Source of the DNA: Paramoeba atlantica | Taxonomy: Eukaryota; Protista; Discosea | Reading direction: 5' to 3' | Assembly (NCBI GenBank): GCA_977017575.1 | Contig: CDRNVI010000169.1 | Coordinates: 74,431 to 138,430 of the forward strand | DNA: 64,000 bases | Part shown: positions 36,701 to 50,114 of the stretch, one piece after another | Layout of the letters: every line of letters begins with the position of its first letter | Numbering within the stretch: the stretch's first letter is position 1 | Made by a program: the position numbers and the translations under genes | Notes under the pieces: generated by a model | Databases searched by the model: none | The model's input: only the letters and a program-made list of their open reading frames with translations | Told to the model about the DNA's origin: nothing

Positions 36701-39444
36701 GAGAGAAGGGAGACAGAAATTTTATTGGGATGAAAGAGTATTGGAAAGAGTTCGAGGGGTGTTGTTCTTGTTGAGGTTGATGGTCCCAAGTTGTTGTGTT
36801 CAAGTTCTGTTTTTGTTGAATGAATTTATGTTTGCAGAGGAGAATTTTTCTTATACAACTCATCAATGGGTCGCTGAGGTTTTTTTTTCTCTTTTTCTTT
36901 CTTTTTTCTTTCTCCTTTCTCTCTTTCTTATTCTTTTTTTTTTTAATAAAAAGGTGTTTAAATGTGCTGTTAGCTCAATGCTCCAAGGGCGTCCAATAAA
37001 CATCCCCCTTCGTGTCCGAAAAACACTCCTCTCCACTCTGACCGAGACGTCACGCAAATTGAATAGTCACATCTATGGTCAAGTTTATGGAGGTGTCAAA
37101 AATGTCATTTCTTCTTTTGTTGATGCTTTTGGAATGTTTGTTGTGGGGGGAGGGGGAGGAGAGAGAGAGGGAGAAGAAGAGGAAGAGGTGGATACTGAGG
37201 TGGATACTGAGGAGGAAGAGGAAGGAGAAAGGAGAGGGAGAGAGAAGATGAAAGAGAGTTTGAAAGGTTTTCGTGATTTTGGGAAATTTTTTTCTTCTTT
37301 GAAAAGTTTTTCTTCTCGGAGTGCTCTTTCTACTGTTTCTTCTTCTCCTTTTTCTTTTCCTTCGATTGAAGAGGTTTTAATTGACTCAAAAACAAAGAGA
37401 GTAAAGACAAGAAAGAGTGGAAGAGAAAATGGAGAAGAGAGTGGAGAAGAGTTTGTCTTGAGTGATGATTTAATTAATTTTTATATTGCTGGTGGTCTTG
37501 TTTTGAATAATTTAGAAAGAGGAGATTGTGAGAAAGAGATAGAGAGACAAGAGGAGACAGAGGAAGAGGAAACAGAGGAAGAAGGAGAGGAAGAAGATGA
37601 AGATATAGAAGTGGTTGAAGAAGAAGAGGAAGTAGAAGAGGAAGAAGAGAAAGAGAAAGAGGAAGAAGGAAAGGAAGGAGAGGGAGACGCAGAAGATGAA
37701 GATGAGGAAGGGGAGGAAGAGAAAGAGAGAGAAGAAAGGAAAGAGGAAGAGATACAAATGGAGGGAGTAAAAGAAGAAGGAGATAACGAGAGTATAGATG
37801 ATAAGGAGAATAAAGGAGAAAATGTACCAGACGAGACAAAAGAAGAGAGAAAAAGAGAGAGAAAGAGAGAGAAAGAGAGGGAGAGGAAGGAAGGAGAGTT
37901 TTGGATGAGCGAAAAAGATGCAACTTCTCAAATTTATTTGTTTCGGCTGTTGATCCAAAGAGATTCCAAAGTTCTTTTTTTCATTTTTTATTTTTATTTT
38001 TTTTTAATTTTTTTTTTCTTTTTCCTTTTTTTGTTGTATGAGTTTAAAAAAAATCTTTTCTCCTTTCTTTCTCCTTTCTTTCTCCCCTCTTTTCTCTCTC
38101 TCTCCTCTCCTCACTCTTTTCCAGATGTTTATTCTTCTTTTAAAACATGGACATGTCCCCCTCCACTTTCTCCCCTCTCTCATTGAATCTCCCTCCTCTC
38201 CTTCCCCTTCTCTCACTCTCTCTTCTTCTTCTCTCTCTTCTTCTCCTCTCTCTTCTTCTCCTCTCTCTTCTTCTCCTCTCTCTCTTTTCTCTTCTTCTTT
38301 CCCTTCTGTTGCTCCTTCAAATTCTTCTCTCTCTTCTCTCTCTTCTTCTCTTCCTTTGCGGTTAGAGAAGATTCTTGAGGGAGAGAGAGAGAAAGGAGAG
38401 GATGAGGGAGAAGGAGAGAGAGAGAAAGAGAGAGATTGTGATGATGTTTATTGCTTTATTGATTGTTTTATTGTTCAAAAGGTTTCTCTTTCTCTTTCTC
38501 TCTCTTTTCTCTTTCTTCTCTCTCTCTCTCTCACTTCATCTCTTAAAAGGTATTGGAATGTGTGAACAAAACAGAAGAAGAGTTTCTTTCTTGGAGAGAG
38601 GATCTCTCTTGTCTTTCTCTTATCTCTCTTCTTCGATGTGTTACTGGTTCCTCTCTCTCTCTTTCTCTCTTTCTTCCTCTTTCTTCTCTTTAAATTTCTA
38701 ATCTTTGTCTCATTCTTTTTCTCTTTCTTTTTTTCTCTCTCTCTCTCTTCTTTCTTCCTTGCAGCAATTGTGAAAAGACAAGAGAGATTTCTCTTTGAGA
38801 ATAGGAGAAGGCAAGCGATTGTTCAACTTCTTACTTCTAAAGGTTTTTCTTTCTTTTTCCTTTTCTTTTCTCTTTCTCTTCTCTTTCTCTTTTTTCTTTC
38901 TCTCACTGACTCTCTTTTCCTAGCTGAAACACAAAAAGCTCAAGAGAGAGAGAAAGAAGGAGAGGGAGAAAATGACAGAGAAGAGTCTCATCCTTCTCAA
39001 AATTTGAGGTTCTTTCTTTCTCTCTCTTTTGTCTCTTTCTCTCTTCTGTCTCTTTCTCTTTTTCTCTCCTCTCTCTTTCTCTCTTTTGTCTCTTTCTCTT
39101 TTGTCTTTTTCATTTCTCATTAAAAATGATTTTAGCCAAAAACAAGAGGACCGAACGACTCAAAATTATCAAGTTTGTTTTCATTTTTCGTTTAGAGAAA
39201 AGAAGAGGGGAAAATCTCTAATTTTGTTTTCTCTTTTCTCTTTTCTCTTTTCCTCTTTCCTTTCTCTTTCCTTTCTCTTTCCTTTCTCTTTCTCTTTCTC
39301 TTTCTTTCTTTCTTCTTTCTCAGGTGAAAGAACCGATTAGCAGAGGATGCCATTTAACATCCCCCACTCTCTTACTCTTTCTCCACAGAATGCTCTTTCT
39401 CTCTCTCTCTTCTCTCTCTTCTCTCTCTCCTTCTTCTTCTTCTT

Positions 39445-39475
<31 letters not shown>

Positions 39476-42400
39476 TCTCTCTCTTCTTCCACATTGTTTC
39501 CAATTGGCGGATCTTCTTCTTTTGCAACTTGATTGTTCACTTGTTTCTCTTCTTGCTCCCTCTCTCTCTTCTCGGATGGTTTTCTTTCTTCTTTCTCTTT
39601 CTCTTTCTCTTTTCTCTCTTTCTTACTCTTTCTTTTTATTTCTTCTTTCTTTTATTCATTTTTTAAAAAAAAATAGGGAAACACAGGACCAGATGTGAAA
39701 AGAGAAAAAAATCAACAAAATGATGTTTTTTCTGAGAATTCTCATCATCATTTTTCGACAAAATGGTTTCTTTTCTTTTCTTTCTTTTTTTCTTTTCTTT
39801 TCTTTTCTTTTCTTTCTTTTTTTCTTTTCTTTTCTTTTCTTTTCTTTCTTTTCAAATATTTTTAAATAATTGAATGAAATATTTGATATTTTAATTCAAT
39901 ATTATTGAATTATTCTTTTTCTTTTTCTTTTTCTTTTTCTTTTTCAGGGATCACAAACAAAATCTCTCAATTGAAGAAGAAAACAAAATTATTGTCGAAA
40001 GTTGGATTGGAATTTTCTTTCTTCTCTCGAATAGTGCCTCTTCTTCTCTTTCTTCTTCTCTTTCTTCTTCTCTCTCTGCTCAGGTGGTTTTTCTTTTTCG
40101 TTCTCTCCAATTCTTTTTTTTTCTTTTTTTCTTTTTTTCTTTTTCTCTTTTTTCTCTTTCTCTTTTTCTCTTTTTTTATCTTTTCAACAGGAATTTCAAA
40201 AAATGAATCCATTTAAAATTCAACAACAATCACAAGAAGGAGAAGGAGAAGAAGAAAGAGAAAAACAGGAAGAAAAAATTTTGCGATCTTTATGTTTTTT
40301 TGCTCCTCTTCTTTGGCTCCCTCGCGGTTTCTTAGGTTAATAAAATAAGAAGAAAAAAGAAAGAAAAGGGAAGAGAAAAGACAAAAAAGACAAAAAAAAA
40401 GACAAAAATCAAAATCAAAAATAAGAATAATAAATAATAAATAAATAAAATAATAAATAAAAATAATAATAAAAATAATAAATAATAAATAAATAAATAA
40501 ATAAATAAATAAAACTAGGAGGAGAAAAATACAGAGAATTTGGAGTCAATTTTCCTTTTATTTTCGAAAATCCTTCTTCTTTTTCTTCTTCTTCTTCAAA
40601 TATTTTGGTTCTTCTTGGCACTCAAATTGCTTCTTCTCTTTCTAATTGGTTTTTTTTTTTGTTTTATTTTATTTTTTTTTGTTTTATTTTTTATTTTTGT
40701 TTTATTTTTGTTTTATTTTTATTTTATTTTTATTTTATTATTCTTTTAATATTATTTATTGAGAGTTTTGTGTTTTTTTGTTCTTTTTTGAGACTTCTTT
40801 TTAATTTCTCTCTTTACCTTCGTCTCTTCAGCTGGGGGAAAACAACCTTTCATTCTTTGTTGACTTTTGTGTGGACACTCGCTCAGGTTTCTGAGAGGAA
40901 AAAGAGAAGAGGATAGAAAAGAAGAGAGAGAGAAGAGAAAGAGAGAGAGGAGAAAAGAGGAAGAAAGAGAACCTTTCTTTTTATTATTATTTTCTGATTT
41001 TATTTTGTTAGAATTCGCATTTTCATTTTTTCCCGCAATATGACGAACCTTATCCTGAGGAGGTTCTTTTTTTTTTGATCAATTTAATAATTAAATAAAA
41101 AAAGAAAATAAATAAAATATCAATAAAATAACTAAAAGAAATCAACAAAAGAAATCAATAAATATTTTAAATACAATAAAAATCATAAAAAATAAAAAAT
41201 AAAAATAAAAATAAAAATAAAAATAAAAATAGGGGAATTTATGTTTGCACGTATTACCATATCTTCCTTTCCATCCCTCTGTTTTTGGAGAACAAGAAAG
41301 ACCTCCCAGAATTGATGATGTTGAATATCTTGATTTACTTCTTAAGGTTTTCTTTCTTTCTCTCTTCTCTCTCTCTCTCTCTTTCTCTCTTTCTCTCTTT
41401 CTCCTTTTTTTTCTGTTTTTGGAGAACAAGAGAGAACCCCGAAAATTGATGATTTTTTTATTTAAGGGGATTTCTATCTCCTCCCTTCTTTTCTCTCATC
41501 TTTTCTTATTTTTAAAATGTTAACTTACCTCTCTCTCTTTCTCTCTCTCTCAGATGCTCAGCTCATGCAGTGCGAGAAATGGAGAAATATTTTATCATTA
41601 TTGGGATTTGTTGAGCGCAATTCTCTTTCGTGATCCGAAACTTGCTTTGGAGAATATTAATGAGGTTCATTTTAAAAGAAAAGAGAAGAAAGAGAAGAAA
41701 GAAGAGAAGAGAACAAGAGAACAAACAAAAAAAAAAGAACAAAGAAAAAAAACAAAGCCAAAAAAAATGGTGGCAAAATTTGATTTTTCTCCTCTCTCTT
41801 CTCTCTCTCTCTTCTTCTCCTCTCTTCTTCTCTTTCTCCTCTCTCTTCTCTCTTTTTCTTCTTCTTCTCTCTTTCTTCTCTCTCTTTTGTGACACAGGTG
41901 ACGTTAAGTCTCTCATTATCAGGTCTCGTGACACTTTTGACGAATTCATTTTTGGAAATTGATGGAGGAAAACCTCTTCCCATTTCTTCTTCTTCTTCTT
42001 CTCCTCTCTCTTCTTCTTCTTCTTCTCTCTCTTCTTCTTCTTCTTCTTCTTCTCTTTCTTCTCGGTCTTCTTCTCCTTTGGGTGTGGAGAGGGGAGAGGA
42101 GGGGGAGAGGGAGTTGGGAGGAGAGAGAGAAGAGGAGAAGAGAGGAGAAGAGAAGGGAGAAGAAGATGAAGATTTATCTAGTTTGGTTTGTTTTTTATTT
42201 TTATTTTTTATTTTTTATTTTATTTTTTAATTCTTTTTTCATTTCTTTCATTTCTTTCAAAAAGAGAGAATTAAATCAATTCAATTCAATTGAATTAAAT
42301 TAATTTTTTAACAAAACAAAATAGGATTTAATAGAATCAGATCCACACTCTTCAGTTCTAATCCACGCTCCAAGAGAGAGAGATTTTTCTCTTTTTATGC

Positions 42401-43237
42401 GTTCTCAGAAAAATAAGGTTTTTCGAATTTTTCGAATTTTTTTGAATTTTTTTTTTGATTTTTTTTCTTTTTCTTTTCATTCTTTTCTTTTCTTTCTTGA
42501 TTTCTTTTACATTAATTTTAATTTTGAAGGAAAAGAATGACAATTTATTATACTTGCAATCAATTATAAGCCACTCTTTCTTTTTGTATCACAACCAAAT
42601 TTCTGAAAATGGTTGGAATTTCTTTGTTTCTTTCTTTTTTCATTCATTTTTCACTCATTTTTTCCTCTTTCTCTTTCTCTCTCTCTTTCTCTCTCTCTCT
42701 TTCTCTCTCCTTTCAGCTCTCCCCCTGATGCGTTCAAGGAGCCAACACCCCTACATCTTCCCATTTGTGAGTCCTCATAGTTCAAGGTCTATCTCTTTTC
42801 TGCTCTCCTTTCTCTCTCTCTCTTCCTCTCCTGTTCTCTCACTCCGTCCTCTCTTCTCTCTCTCTCTCTTTTCGAAACAGTTTATTACACATAAGTAAGA
42901 ACGCGCCATCTCATGTTCCAGCTTTTTATCGCTATCATTATACTAAGGTAATAGTTATCTTTTAAAGAGAAAAAAGAGAAAAGAAAGAAGAGAGAGAAGA
43001 GAGAAGGAACAGATTCGAAAAGAAAAAGAAAGAGAAGAGAAAGTGAAAAAAAAAAAAGTTTTTTATGGAATAATTATTGATTTTACAATATTGATTTTTT
43101 GTTCACAAATCTTTCAAAAAAAAAAATAGCTCTTTTCAAACAGAGAAGAAAAAGTATCTCTCTCACTTCCCTCCCCAGCTCTCAATCCCACTCCTTCTTC
43201 ATTCCCTCCTCCTCCTTCTTCCCTCCATTCTTCTTCC

Positions 43238-43278
<41 letters not shown>

Positions 43279-43928
43279 AGATGCAGCCCCAGAACGAGCA
43301 TCAAGATGGTCCCGTTTTTTGTCCGCTTTCTCTTCCGATCCTGCTCCACCAATCGTCGCAAATCCTTCAACAACAACAACAACAACAACAACAGCAACAT
43401 CAAAAATAACAAATGATTCTATACCAACAACTGATTCAATGTCAACAAATTTAAATCCAAATTTAAATCCAAATTTAAATCCAAATTTAAATCCAAATCC
43501 AAATCCAAATCCAAATCCAAATTTAAATCCAAATCTAAATCCAAATTTAAATCCAAATTTAAATCCAAATTTAAATCCAAATACAAATTTAAATACAACA
43601 AATGAGACAGAAGAGAGATCTTCTGCTTCGAAATGGTCTTCTTTTTTTTATTCTTCTACTCCTCAAGTGAATCCAACTTCAAATCCATCAAGTTTCTTTT
43701 TCTTTTTTCTTTTTTCTTTTTCTCCTTGTCCCTTCTCTCTTTCTCTCTTCTCTTCTTTCTTTCTTTCTTTCTCCTTTTCATCCTTCTTCTTCTCTTTTTT
43801 AGATGTAGAAGAAGATACACCAAAAGTGATATTGGCACCTGATGTGAGTCGACAAGTTCTCTCTTCTCCTTCATCTGATTCTCCTGATTTCAAAAAGAGA
43901 GAGGGGGATGATCATGTAAAGATTTCTT

Positions 43929-44004
<76 letters not shown>

Positions 44005-47000
44005 TGATCTTCTTTTACTTGTATTTCATTTCTCTTCTTATTAAATTCTGGCGGGAATAGGGATCAACCATCTTGACCCCAAATTGGGCACCAGGACTTG
44101 TTCTCATTGATTCTTATGCTGGTTCTCTTTCTCTCTCCTCTCTTTCTCTCTTCTCTTTCTTTCTTCTCTTTCTCTCCTCTCTTTCTTTCTTCTCTTTCTC
44201 TTTTTTAATTTTTATTGGTTTTAGATTGCGCTGTTGGGAAAGGAGAGGGAGATATGTGGTTGAGTGTTTGTGGTGGAGAAGATCTTGGTCTCTTCTTTCT
44301 TTCTTCTCTTTCTTTCTTCTCTTTCTTTCTTCTCTTTCTTTTTTCCCTCTATTTCTCTTTCTTACTTTCATCTCTCTTCCTTTCCTCTCTCTCTCTCTTC
44401 TTCCTCTTCTTCTCAGATGAAGAAACTTTTCCTTTTATCCCAAGAGGATGGGGAGGGCATTTTTTCCCTGATCTGTGTTGGCCTTATAACCTAAATTTGG
44501 AGGTTTTTTCTCTTCTTCTCTTCTCTTCTCTTCTCTCCCTCTTCTCTTTTTTTCTCACGAGAAATTTTTAGAGATCACTCTTTCCTTCTTCGCGATTTTA
44601 TTCTGGACAACTTTCAGGTTTGTTTTTTTGAAAATAGAGAGAGAGAGAGGATGAAGATACTTTAAAAAAATTTAATTTAAATATTTTTTTCATGATTTCT
44701 ATTTTCTCAGTATTTATCAATTGTTGTTAAAAAAATTAATTTGTATTAAAAATTTTTATTTGAATTTATGATTATTTATTTCTAATATTTTTTAAAAAGT
44801 AAAACAAATCCGAAAAACAATGGAAGCTTCTCTCCGCACAAATACAACCTCTCTCTCTTCTATCTCTCCCTCTTCTTCTTCTTCTTCTTCTCTCTCTTCC
44901 CCAGGCCCCTCTCTCTCTCGTCCGTCTTCTTCTTCTTCTCTCACAACCTCTTCTCTTCCAAAGAGAGGGTCTTCTTCTTCTCTCATCTCTGTTGCTTCTG
45001 ATCTCCGCATTACAAATATCATCCGACTCGCAAGAGAAGGAGAAGAAGGAGAAGAAGAAGAGAGAGAGAGCGGAGAGAGAGAAGAGAGAGAGGGAGAGGA
45101 GAGAGGAGAGAGAAAGAGAAAGAGAAAGAGAGAGTGGTCTCGGCTCGGAAAGAGAGAGAGGGGGATGTACATTGGGGGCGTTTTTGGTTGGAATTATACT
45201 GTTTCTCATCATTTACATTGTTTGGAATTGTCTACTACTATGGAAACTCAGGTTTTCTCTCTTTTCTCTCTTTTCTCTCTTTTCTCTCTCTTTCTCTTTC
45301 GTTTTCTCTTTTCTTTTCCATAAGAATAATTTGTGGAGATTGAAATTTCTTTTTCTTGATTTTTTAAAATAATTCATTTTTTTTTTCAAAAAAAAAAGAT
45401 ATTTTCGGTTTTGGAACTTATTTTGTCTTCTGATATTGGATCAATTCTCTCACAAGAGGTTCTTTTCTTCTTTCTTTTTCTCTTTCTCCTTCTCTCGTCT
45501 CTCTCTTTCTCTCTCTTCTCTCTCGTCTCTCTCTTCTCTCTCTTCTCTCTCTCTCTCTTCTCTCTCTTCTTCTCTCTTCTCTCTCTTCTCTCTCTTCTCT
45601 CTCTTCTCTCTCTTCTCTCTCTTCTCTCTCTTCTCTTCTCTCTCTTCTCTCTCTTATCTTTTCTCTTCTTCCTTTTCTCTTCTTTCTCTTTCTCTCTCTC
45701 TCTCAGGCAATTCGAAGTGTTTTGGTGTTGTCTGATTTTTTTGATCAATCTCGTATGGAATGGATGCTTACCAAATTTGTTTCTTTTCTTCAAGTTTTTT
45801 TTTTGTTTTTCTTTATTATTTATTATTTATTATTTATTATTATTTATTAAAATATTATATTTTATGATTTATGATTTATTATGATTTATTACAAATTTTG
45901 ATGAAGCTCGTGTGGAATGGATGCTTTCCAAATTTGTTTTCTATTAATATTCAAAATTAAGTAACTCTCTCTCTCTCTCTCTCTTTTAAACAGCAAGAAC
46001 CAGTTGATGTGGTATTGACTCGTTCATTTTTAACTTTGGGAATTTTTAAAGCAATTGCTGTTTTGAGTGGAATGTCTGGGTATGCTTTTTTTTTTCTTTC
46101 TTTCTTTTCTCTTTTCTTTTTTTCTTTTCTTTTTTTTCTTTTTCTTTTCATTTTTTTTTTGGTTCTGAGATTTTTTCTCTTTCTCTTTCTTTTGTCTTCT
46201 CATTTCTCTTTTCTTTCAAGACAAACATCAGTGGAGGGAGTAATAGAACAAATCATCGCCCAACCAACAGGTATTTTTCTCTCTCTTCTCTTCTCTTCTC
46301 TTCTCTTCTTTCTTCTCTCTTCTCTCTTCTCTCTTCTCTCTTCTCTCTTCTCTCTTCTCTCTTCTCTCTCTTCTCTTCTCTCTTCTCTTCTCTTCCTCTT
46401 CTCTCTTCCTTTCTTTTCTAACCCTTTTAAAAAAGGGAGTGGGATTACCGGGTTACTCAGAACAAGTTTGGAGTCTCCTTATAAATCTGTTCAGGTTTTT
46501 TTTTCTTTCTTTTTCTTTTTCTTCTCTTCTCCCTTCTCTCTCTTTCTCTCTCTTCTCTCTCTTTCTCTCTCTCTCTCCCTCTCTTCTCTTCGTGTTCATT
46601 TTGATTTGGTATTAATAGATCGCTGCCTTGAATGGGATATTGTATTTGCTAGATGCTTCCCTTCACAAGGTAAAGGAGAGAAAGAGAAAGAAAGAGAAAG
46701 AAAAAGAAACAATAATTCAAAGAAAAAAGAAATATTAATCTTTTTAATTTTATTAAATTTAATTTTATTAATTTTATTTAATAATTTTTCAAAAAAAAAC
46801 AGGTTTTATCACCAAATCTTGAATTTTTATTTCATTATATTTTAAATATATTGAAATCTGAAGTTGTTGTTTCTCATCTTCCTCTTACGTTGCATGCTCT
46901 TGCTGGTTTTCTTTTCTCTCTTCTCTTTCTCTCTCTTCTCTCTCTTTCTCTTCTCTCTTCTCTCTCTTTCTCTCTCTTTCTCTCTTCTCTCTCTTCTTTT

Positions 47001-47972
47001 TCTTTTTCTTTTCTTTTTATTGAACTCATGTATTTTTAGTGATGTTTCTTTTGATTGAACAATACCCAAAACAAGCAGAACAGGTTTTTTTCTCTCTTTC
47101 TCTTTCTCTTCTCTCTTTCTCTTTCTCTCTTTCTCCTTCTCTCTTTCTTCTCTCTCTCTTTCTCGGTGATATGTTAATATCTCTTTTAAAGATGGATTTT
47201 ACAAGACAAGCAGTTGAAAGGGCAACAATTCTTGGGTTTTTGTTTTTTTAATCTAAAATAAAATAATGGATCCGAAATAATAAAGATAAAATATAAATAC
47301 TAAGAAGAAAATAATAAATAACAATAAAAAATAAAAAATAAAAAATAAAAAATAAAAAATAAAAAATAAAAAATAAAAAAATAGATATGATTGTGACGCA
47401 CCACCTGCTGTTGTTGAATGTATTTTATGGGGACTTAATCGGTTTCTCTCTCTCTCTCTCTTTTCTCTCTCTTCTCTCTCTCTCTTTCTCTCTCTTCTCT
47501 CTCTTCTTTCTTTTTCTCTTCTTCTCTTCTTTCTTTCTTTTTCTCTAAACATAAGAAAATAGACTTCTTCTTTGTTTTTCTTTGTCACAATCCCATCGAA
47601 ATTATATCATTTCTTTTGGATTGGAAAAGGTTTTTTTCTTCTTTTTTTCTTTTTTTTTTCTTTTTTTTCTTCTTTTTTTTCTTTTTCTCTCTTTTCTTTT
47701 TCTCTTTTCTTTTTTTTTTTACTTTCTTTTTCTCAATATCTTTCTCCTCTCTCCTCTCTCTCCTCTCTCTCTCTCCTCTCTCACCAAGATCTCAACCCAA
47801 AAATCAAATCAATTTTTATTATCTCTTGGAATAATGGTCACTTGTTTTTATACTGGTGGTGTTTCAAGACAAATTGAAACACATATTCTTAATTCTCAGG
47901 TAAATTAAAAATAGAGGAGAGAGAGAAGAGAAGAGAAAGAAAAGAGAGAAAGAAAAGAGAGAAAGAAAAGAG

Positions 47973-48004
<32 letters not shown>

Positions 48005-50083
48005 AGAGAGAAAGTGAAAAGAGAAAAGAGGGGAGAGAGAAGAAAATAGAAGAATGTTATTTAATAATTGAATTTATTTTTTCTTTTTTAACTTATTAAA
48101 TACTAAATTAAAGATTAAATTAAAGATTAAAATATTAAATTAAAGATTAAATTATTAAATTAAAGAATAAAATATTTAATTGAAAAAAAAACAACTTTTT
48201 TTAGGGATTGGCACCGGTTGAAAGCAAAAAAACACACATGGACAACATTGAAAATATGAAGGTTTTTTCTTTTTCTTTTTTTTTTCTTTTTTTTTTTCTT
48301 CTTTTTTCTTTTTTTTTTAATTCAAATTTCTATTTTTTTTTGTGAATTATTTATTCTTTTTAACAATTAAAAACAAACCAAAAAAATTAAAATCAATTCA
48401 AAACAAAAAATAATTAAAAATGAAATTAAAAACAGATTTTATTGAGAAAAATGAGAAAAGCGGAACCTCTCGAAGCTCAAACCGCTTCTTATCTTCTTCC
48501 TCAACTTTTAATTGGTTTGTAATTTTGTTTTTTTTGTTTTCTTTTTGTTTTTATTTTGTTTTCTTTTTGTTTTTTTTTTTTGTTTTCTTTTTGTTTTTAT
48601 TTTTTTTTTTGATACTTCTGTGATTTTAATGTCTTCTTCTTCTTCAAGAATTAAGAAAATAAATAAATAAATTAAATATAAAATAAAATAAAAATAAAAT
48701 AAATAGATTTTTTTACTGTGGATCAATCAATGAGTCTTCTTCTTCAAGAATTAATCAATAAATATAAATAAATAAAATAAAATTAAATAAAAATAAATTA
48801 AATAAAAATAAAATAAATAGATTTTTTTTACTGTGGATCAATCAATGAGTCTTCTTCTTCAAGAATTAATCAATAAATTTTAATAAATAAAATTAAATAA
48901 AATAAAAATAATATAAATAAAATAAATAATAAATAGATTTTTTTACTGTGGATCAATCAATGAGTCTTCTTCTTCAAGAATTTGTTCGTATTAAAAGACA
49001 TCGAACTCCTTTGTATTCTCTTTTTTTTTTCTTTTTTTTTTCTTTTTTTTTTCTTTTTTTTTTCTTTTTATTTTCTTTTTATTTTCTTTTTCTTTTTATT
49101 ATTTCTTATTATTTCTTTCTTTCTTTTCTTTTTTTTTTATTCTTTTCTTTTCTTTCTTTTTTCTTTCCTCTTTCTTTTCTTTTTCTTTTTTCTTTCATTT
49201 TTCGAAATCTCACTCTTCTCTTTTAAGATATATTGCGACAACAGTAAGTTTATATCTTCATTTGTTACAATGCGCTCAGAATGTCGATTCCTCTGAATAT
49301 GAACAGGTGAGAAAAGAGAACAGAGAAAGAGAAAAAAAGAAAAAAGAAAGAGAGAAAAAGAGAAAGAAAGAAATCAAGAAGAAGGATTCTCTTTTCTTTC
49401 TCTCTTTTTCTTTCTTTCTTTTTAATTTGTTTTTTTTTTTTTAGATGGCATTAAATTGGTTGGTTGTCTGTTTGAAAAATTTCACACAGGTTTCTTTTTC
49501 TCTTTTTCTCTTTTTCTCTTTTTCTCTTTTTCTCTTTTTCTCTTTTTCTTTTCTTTTCTTCCCTTTTGAATCTCCTGAACTCTCTCTTTCTTTCTCTCTT
49601 CTTTTCTCTCTCTCTTTCTAGTTACGACCTCAAGAAGTGGGGAAATGGTGTTTGGCTGTTTTGATGTTATCTTTTTCAAGAAATAAATCTCTTCAAAAGG
49701 TTTTCTTTCTCCCCCACCTCTCTCTTCTTTCTTCTCCCTCTCTTTCTCTCTTTCAAATACAATAAGAATAAGAATAAGAAGAATAAATATAATACTAATA
49801 AATAATAATAAATAATAAATAACATAAATAAAAAAATAAAAATAATAAAAATAAGTAATAAAAATAAAAGTGATAAAAAAAAATAAAAGTAATAAAAAAA
49901 TAAAAGTAATAAAAAAATAAATAAAAAAAATAGTTAAGTGTGGGGATACTACACAGCTATCCATTTGTACGAAGTGATATTTTAATTCCTGCTTTTGTTG
50001 ATTTTTTCTTTCATCCAATGGCTCTCAAATTTCGAGGAGAGGTTCTTTTTTTTTTCTTTTTTTTTTTTTTTTTTTTTTCTTTT

Positions 50084-50114
<31 letters not shown>

